Shown here piece by piece: positions 6,831 through 11,459 of a DNA stretch of 11,459 nt (position 1 is the stretch's first letter; each line of letters starts with the position of its first letter). Source of the stretch: Candidatus Heimdallarchaeota archaeon (lineage in GTDB: Archaea; Asgardarchaeota; Heimdallarchaeia; JABLTI01); the NCBI GenBank assembly GCA_019058275.1, contig JAHLVW010000005.1, positions 1 through 11,459 of the forward strand. Direction: 5' to 3'. Made by a program: the position numbers and the translations under genes. The notes under the pieces are model-generated. The model worked only from the letters and a program-made list of their open reading frames with translations, made no database searches and was not told the origin of the DNA.

Positions 6831-7404
6831 GGTCTCCACGTTTTAGTTCAGGAATAAAATCAGCTAATGAGGATCCAACTACAATAGGATCTGGTTGGAT
6901 TTCTAGGTCCCATAATTTATCGATTATTCTTTGTTTGAAGTCTTTATGTGGTGGATGGATTTTATGTTGAACAGCTCTATGAACATGAAGTACTGCTTTT
7001 GCTATAGTATCATAAAACAAAACACCAAGACCAAATTTCTCAATCATACTGAAATATCTGCCATAATTATGAATTAAATAAGCAGCATCAAAATTATATC
7101 TAAGTGGAAATGCAAAATAACAATAATCAAACCAAATTCTCCTAACATTAGCTTGAGCTAATACTTTCTTGAAATCAGACATTTTCACTTCAATAGAATA
7201 GAGAGTGTATTTGTTAGTCCGCTTGTGTTTGTAACCCGCTACAATATCAAATTCATGAATATTATCTCTTAAACAAAAACGTATCTTATGATTAGTACCA
7301 GTATTTTCAATATGTCTCATAAGCCAATCAGCAAAGAACTGATAGAAGTGAAATTCACTATTGGGATTTTCTTTCTGCTCTTCAACAAATTCATCGGAAA
7401 CCAT
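6820..7404 (-). CDS. PD-(D/E)XK superfamily nuclease (194 aa)
   Basis: E...EFDIVAG...YSIEVK-x8-QA...FDYCYFAFP...GLGVL, i.e. the D...ExK...Q catalytic arrangement. Confidence 0.8.
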   Translation of the reverse strand: MVSDEFVEEQKENPNSEFHFYQFFADWLMRHIENTGTNHKIRFCLRDNIHEFDIVAGYKHKRTNKYTLYSIEVKMSDFKKVLAQANVRRIWFDYCYFAFPLRYNFDAAYLIHNYGRYFSMIEKFGLGVLFYDTIAKAVLHVHRAVQHKIHPPHKDFKQRIIDKLWDLEIQPDPIVVGSSLADFIPELKRGDHDK

Positions 7405-7406
7405 AG

Positions 7407-7718
7407 TTACTCCACCAATCTTTTGAAAATTCTATCGAATAATTCAGACCATTCAATTTTGTTAATCTCTTCCCGGACTATTTGCTCTAAATCATTTTTA
7501 ACATCAAGTTCAGAATCAAACTCAAAATCTGTTTTCGATATGTCATCACTTTTTTGAACAAACAATTTCAGAAGTTTATCCTGATCTTTTTTACCTTGCC
7601 AAAAACTCTTTCTAGAAAATTTGACATAGCAACCAAATGAAAGAGTGAATTTTTCTTCCCTGGAGTCTTTCTCATTTGATGCAAAATCAATTAGTGATTG
7701 TTCTTTTGAAGACATCAT
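7407..7718 (-). CDS. hypothetical protein (103 aa)
   Basis: ATGA overlap with the upstream stop, preceded by GAGGT. Confidence 0.75.
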   Translation of the reverse strand: MMSSKEQSLIDFASNEKDSREEKFTLSFGCYVKFSRKSFWQGKKDQDKLLKLFVQKSDDISKTDFEFDSELDVKNDLEQIVREEINKIEWSELFDRIFKRLVE

Positions 7719-8728
7719 TTCAACCTCATAGATTCAACTCTTTCGCGAGAAATGTGATCTTTTGTCTTATCAGCAATAACATAAGATTTAGCAAAAAAGA
7801 TCCAAGTCCCTCGTTTCAAAAGACGATTCTTTTTCTCCTGCCTTTTTATTCTTCTTTCATGGGCTCGTTTCAAATGGTCATTCCAGTATAATTGATCATA
7901 ATACCAAGAATTAGGATTTTGAAGAACTTTGCAACTATAGCACCCATTGGTCCATTGACTAAAGAATGATTTATCTTTACAATAAGGACAAATAAAGAAT
8001 TGATCATCTCTAATCTTTTTCCTGGCAAATTTTAAGAAAAATTTCCTCCAGAAGGGTCTAATCTTTGTAACTGGGATATGAGAGCCATTCCGTAACTCAA
8101 TAAGATCATAATAGTAAAGATATTCAGGTTGTTTGTTTTTCAGAAGATGTTCTTGGGACCACAAATAGGACCTTAACGATTCTGTAATACAATTATATTC
8201 TTGAGAGATCCTACTTTCAACACGTTCAATAGATCGACATGTGCTAGCCAATCGATCTCTAATTCTCTGCTGCACAAACTGTCCAAGTAGTTCAGGATCT
8301 TGTTGTAAAAGAAATTCTTGCCGGTCCCAAAATTGATTAACTTCAAAACCATCTTTAATGATATAATCTAAATTGTAAATCTTCTGTAATGCTCGAGGTA
8401 TTTGATAAATTTGACCTACACCTAATCGAGGGAGAAGATTATCAATTCTTTTTCTCACAACAGTAATTGCTTTTCTTTTCCTACAATAAAAACAAGTGAG
8501 ATAGACATCTTCAATATTGAGACAATTGCAACAATAAACTCCTGAAAGATCAAGAAATCTTGAAAGATCAGTGAGGAGATTGCAATGGGAATTGCATCGC
8601 ATACAAATACCTGCAGAAAGATAAGCTGTGATAAAATCCTCACGGTATTTCTCAAATGAGATTATTCCAAGAACATGATCTAAAGGATCAGCACTCTTCA
8701 GCAATTCTTGTTGGATGAAATTAGTCAA
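7715..8728 (-). CDS. multi-zinc-finger hypothetical protein (337 aa)
   Basis: CMRC, CCNC and CFYC near the N-terminus, CPYC...CYSC later, basic C-terminus. GGAGG precedes the TTG start. Confidence 0.8.
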   Translation of the reverse strand: MTNFIQQELLKSADPLDHVLGIISFEKYREDFITAYLSAGICMRCNSHCNLLTDLSRFLDLSGVYCCNCLNIEDVYLTCFYCRKRKAITVVRKRIDNLLPRLGVGQIYQIPRALQKIYNLDYIIKDGFEVNQFWDRQEFLLQQDPELLGQFVQQRIRDRLASTCRSIERVESRISQEYNCITESLRSYLWSQEHLLKNKQPEYLYYYDLIELRNGSHIPVTKIRPFWRKFFLKFARKKIRDDQFFICPYCKDKSFFSQWTNGCYSCKVLQNPNSWYYDQLYWNDHLKRAHERRIKRQEKKNRLLKRGTWIFFAKSYVIADKTKDHISRERVESMRLK

Positions 8729-8867
8729 GCTCGTTTTCCTCCTTCTTTGTTTGATTAGAATTACTAAACCAGATTCTCTTTAATGCAAAAAATGCATTAA
8801 TTGTCCAACATAGAGTATATGGAATAAAATAACATAATAGGATTAAAGCCACTAGAGGAATTTTCAC
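8721..8867 (-). CDS. 48-aa single-pass membrane microprotein (not in ORF track)
   Basis: GTG start overlaps the upstream TGA, with GGAGG upstream. MKIPLVALILLCYFIPYTLCWTINAFFALKRIWFSNSNQTKKEENELD*. Confidence 0.75.
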   Translation of the reverse strand: MKIPLVALILLCYFIPYTLCWTINAFFALKRIWFSNSNQTKKEENELD

Positions 8868-9265
8868 AGTAAATCCTCCTTTGGTTCATGATCATTACAA
8901 ATCAATTCTGCTACTTCATCGTAAAGATTAGTTCCATGAAGACCACATTCAAGAAGCTCATCTTCTATAATTATGGCATGCTCGCAATTGTAACACGTAG
9001 GTTTCTTAGTTTTTATTTTGACAAGTATCAAAAGTAATAATGCAGCAATAACAGAGGAGAAATTTAAGCAAATGGAAATTAGATGGTAATTTAGTAAGCC
9101 AAAAGGTATACTAAGAATCGAGGTAATAAACAAAATGGTAAAGATTAGTAATGCAGATAATGATGCTTTCCGTCCTTTGAGTAAGAAACCAAATAGGATT
9201 ATAACCAGTACGAATATAATGAGATTTATTGAAGAACTAATGTAAGATAGGAATTCCAAGTTCAA
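8864..9265 (-). CDS. three-TM membrane protein with C-terminal Cys/His cluster (133 aa)
   Basis: Three hydrophobic segments, then CYNCEH...CGLH...CNDH. TTGA overlap, with GGAGG upstream. Confidence 0.8.
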   Translation of the reverse strand: MNLEFLSYISSSINLIIFVLVIILFGFLLKGRKASLSALLIFTILFITSILSIPFGLLNYHLISICLNFSSVIAALLLLILVKIKTKKPTCYNCEHAIIIEDELLECGLHGTNLYDEVAELICNDHEPKEDLL

Positions 9266-9765
9266 TAGTAATCCTCCCGGTAATCCGGATAATCAGGTTG
9301 ATTTTCTACCCATATATCATAGGCAAGATCACTATCATCACCATCTGGTGCAGGTGGTAGTTGATCTGTAATATAATCATGGCACCAGCCACAGACTTTC
9401 TTAAGATCACCATGGTCGTCATTCATGCCTTTAGGCCATGTGGACCAGAGATACCTGAGATCTGTTTTAATTTCGTGTAATTCCTTGGACCATTTGTAGC
9501 AGATAGGACATTGTTGTAAGCCTTGTTGTTGAAGCCATTTAGCTATTTGCTCTTTGGTTTTCTTTCTGTTGAAAGTCCATTGGACCAAATTAAAAAGTAA
9601 TTCAAGATCAATAAGTAGATCTTCAGCATCAATTACTCCTAGTCCTGCTCGTAAACCATTCAATCCTAAAATCATAGAATTAACTAGTTTTTTCGCTGAT
9701 TCAGGAGAAGACTGTAAACCCTGTTTTAATTGATCCATCTGTTTTTGTAAGTCATCGAAGATCAT
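9262..9765 (-). CDS. hypothetical zinc-binding protein with acidic tail (167 aa)
   Basis: CPIC...CGWC. ATGA overlap, with GGAGGT upstream. Confidence 0.8.
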   Translation of the reverse strand: MIFDDLQKQMDQLKQGLQSSPESAKKLVNSMILGLNGLRAGLGVIDAEDLLIDLELLFNLVQWTFNRKKTKEQIAKWLQQQGLQQCPICYKWSKELHEIKTDLRYLWSTWPKGMNDDHGDLKKVCGWCHDYITDQLPPAPDGDDSDLAYDIWVENQPDYPDYREDYY

Positions 9766-10229
9766 TTAATCTGGACCTCCTCTTCTTCATCAGGACGATG
9801 AATAATGACTTGAAAAAAAGTATCGAAAGTTCGAGTGCTACATTTGGGATTCTTGCATTCAGCATAGCAATACCAATATTCTAATCCTTCAGGATCAAGT
9901 CCATCGCCAAAGTCTTCGAATTCGATACTATCAATTTTCCCTTCCTTCTTACAGAAAGGACAGTGAACTTTAATGTTCCAAGCATCAGCTAATTCTTTTA
10001 CTTCTGCTGCTTCCTTTCGTCGCTTTGGTTCAGTGATCGTTTTTGTATAATAGTGAATGGATTTCAAATAATCAGTCACTGCTTCAGGTATTGATACATC
10101 TTCTTCAAGCATGATGAAAAGATCTCTTTCATAAGCTGCAAATTTCTTAGCAATAGCTGCAAAATCCTTGATCATTTGGTCCTTGTTTGCTTCAATTCGT
10201 TTGATATCATCTTGTCGTTGTATACTCAT
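9762..10229 (-). CDS. hypothetical protein with C-terminal zinc ribbon (155 aa)
   Basis: CPFC...CKNPKC. ATGA overlap, with GGAGGT upstream. Confidence 0.8.
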   Translation of the reverse strand: MSIQRQDDIKRIEANKDQMIKDFAAIAKKFAAYERDLFIMLEEDVSIPEAVTDYLKSIHYYTKTITEPKRRKEAAEVKELADAWNIKVHCPFCKKEGKIDSIEFEDFGDGLDPEGLEYWYCYAECKNPKCSTRTFDTFFQVIIHRPDEEEEVQIK

Positions 10230-10681
10230 TTATCCTGGACCTCCAGAATCGAATATTTAGAAATTAGGATTAAGCTCTTACAAAGACATTTTGTACAAAA
10301 TTTTAGATCTTCTGCAGCACATCCTTTGGGTGCAATCCAACCACATAGAAAACACCAAAAGACTTTTTCTTTTCGTGAAGCTATTTTCTCCATATCTTCA
10401 TTATTCATTGGTCCTTTGATCTCTTTTTGCATAATCTCTTCACAACCACAATATGGACAAACATTAGGTCCTTTAGCAAATTCCTTTCCACATTCTAAAC
10501 AAACCCACTTAGTAGGTCCTGCTTGATTCTTTCTAATTCGGATTATTTTCCTCCAGGCATTTTTTGTAATTGTTTCAACTTCTAGTTCAATATCTAAATC
10601 ATCATCATTGATAATAATCGTATGAACTAAGGATTGTATTTCAGACCCTTTTGGAAAGGGTAAAATTTCCTTTTTACTCAT
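10226..10681 (-). CDS. double zinc-ribbon protein (151 aa from ATG 10681)
   Basis: WVCLECG...CPYCG and WCFLCG...CTKC. Start reassigned to the TAATG overlap preceded by GGAGG. Confidence 0.8.
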   Translation of the reverse strand: MSKKEILPFPKGSEIQSLVHTIIINDDDLDIELEVETITKNAWRKIIRIRKNQAGPTKWVCLECGKEFAKGPNVCPYCGCEEIMQKEIKGPMNNEDMEKIASRKEKVFWCFLCGWIAPKGCAAEDLKFCTKCLCKSLILISKYSILEVQDK

Positions 10682-11457
10682 TAATTCAGATCCTCCTTCC
10701 ATCGCTTGATTTTCTCAAAAGCATCAGCTTTCCAAGAAAGTTTTAGATTATATTTCTCTTTCAAAAGCATGGTTTCATCATAAAAACGAATGTAATCTTC
10801 CTTAGACCAAAGATTCTCTAATTCATAGTTAGCTAATCCACATACCATTGTTGCAGAATCTAGATTATAATTAATCAAATCCTGAACAATCTCAGGAGTA
10901 GGTTTCAATGGTGGTTCTATGCTGGCAAAAATCTTATGACCTAATTTCTTAGCTCTAATTAAAGTAGCAATCCTTGTTAGATGGTTGCTACTATTTGGTT
11001 CATATTTTTCTTTTTCTTTGGATGATAATCTACCGGTAATTGATAGACCAATGATGTGTTTATCTGGATTAAAGAAATTAAGATAACGAATGATCTTTGC
11101 ATTTTTGGTGATAAATAATACCCAATTATTTTGTAAAAGTTGCAGCCATTGTTTGAATATCTGGAAAAACCTTTGTGATTCAAAAAAGATATCCTGAAAG
11201 GGATCAGTCATATTACTGGCAATAATGACAGCATTGGATGGAAGAAATGGTAATTCTTTGACAATCAACTCGAGAGCATTTTTACAAAACTCTATTTTAT
11301 GGAATACTCCAGATTTAGGACCCCAATTTCTGAAATTTTCCTTTTCATATTTGTATTTAACCCAACAATAGAGGCAATTATTACCACAACCTTTTGTTAA
11401 ACTACAGCCAATAAAAATTGGTTCAAAACCAACTATCTCCTTGACTTCATCAATCCA
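10681..11457 (-). CDS. radical SAM protein, spore-photoproduct-lyase-like / DUF5131-like; 5' end outside the window
   Basis: The frame stays open upstream of the track's TTG (11268) to the window edge and contains GCGNNCLYC (CxxxCxxC, 11365-11388), then SNMTDPFQ, ITKN, GLSITG, EPNSS...R...L and FASIEP. Confidence 0.85.
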   Translation of the reverse strand, partial: WIDEVKEIVGFEPIFIGCSLTKGCGNNCLYCWVKYKYEKENFRNWGPKSGVFHKIEFCKNALELIVKELPFLPSNAVIIASNMTDPFQDIFFESQRFFQIFKQWLQLLQNNWVLFITKNAKIIRYLNFFNPDKHIIGLSITGRLSSKEKEKYEPNSSNHLTRIATLIRAKKLGHKIFASIEPPLKPTPEIVQDLINYNLDSATMVCGLANYELENLWSKEDYIRFYDETMLLKEKYNLKLSWKADAFEKIKRWKEDLN

Positions 11458-11459
11458 AG

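Larger units (their letters stand above)
1854..11459 (-). mobile_element. end of a tRNA-Met-integrated element (provirus or integrative plasmid), continuing beyond the window
   Basis: Abrupt change at the tRNA 3' end from housekeeping genes to 21 co-oriented, overlapping or abutting, mostly small and uncharacterised ORFs (Zn fingers, RHH, nucleases, methyltransferase, radical SAM). The second att copy and hallmark genes are not in the window. Confidence 0.8.

Noticed and set aside
5933-7404. Classical type II restriction-modification system
   Set aside because: The methyltransferase is FkbM-type and lacks the catalytic motifs of N6A/N4C or C5 DNA methyltransferases.
10682-10702. Track start at 10702 for the double zinc-ribbon gene
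   Set aside because: The extra codons (MEGGSEL) encode the GGAGG motif itself. ATG 10681 overlapping the upstream TAA fits the pattern of the array.
4446-11183. ORFs 4446-4880, 5036-5374, 6520-6735, 7288-7557, 7676-7891, 10176-10526 (+) and 8455-8655, 10977-11183 (-)
   Set aside because: They overlap better-supported coupled minus-strand genes that have RBS motifs and start/stop overlaps.
1-11459. CRISPR array, IS element, intact integrase or virion structural genes
   Set aside because: No regularly spaced repeats, transposase motifs, terminal inverted repeats, R-HxxR-Y recombinase domain or recognisable capsid/terminase found by eye.

Overview
Archaeal chromosome-to-mobile-element junction. 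The left part (1-1888) is host DNA: the 3' end of a membrane-protein gene, an NAD(P)-dependent malic enzyme, and an elongator tRNA-Met(CAU) carrying two introns (D-loop and 37/38), each with a bulge-helix-bulge motif traceable by hand. The tRNA also has a non-canonical A54 in the T loop. From the tRNA 3' exon to the right edge (1851-11459) runs one tightly coupled minus-strand array of 21 ORFs, three of them missed by the ORF track. It includes an SPL/DUF5131-like radical SAM enzyme (truncated by the window), many small Zn-finger proteins, a PD-(D/E)XK nuclease, an FkbM methyltransferase, and an RHH regulator coupled to a 527-aa tandem-wHTH + PD-(D/E)XK protein. The last ORF (61 aa) reads antisense into the tRNA 3' exon, as expected for the Int(N) fragment of an SSV-type split integrase. 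Best reading: one end of a tRNA-Met-integrated archaeal provirus or integrative element. No capsid, conjugation or catalytic integrase gene is visible, so the element class and host lineage are unresolved. All family calls come from motif recognition by eye, not database searches.
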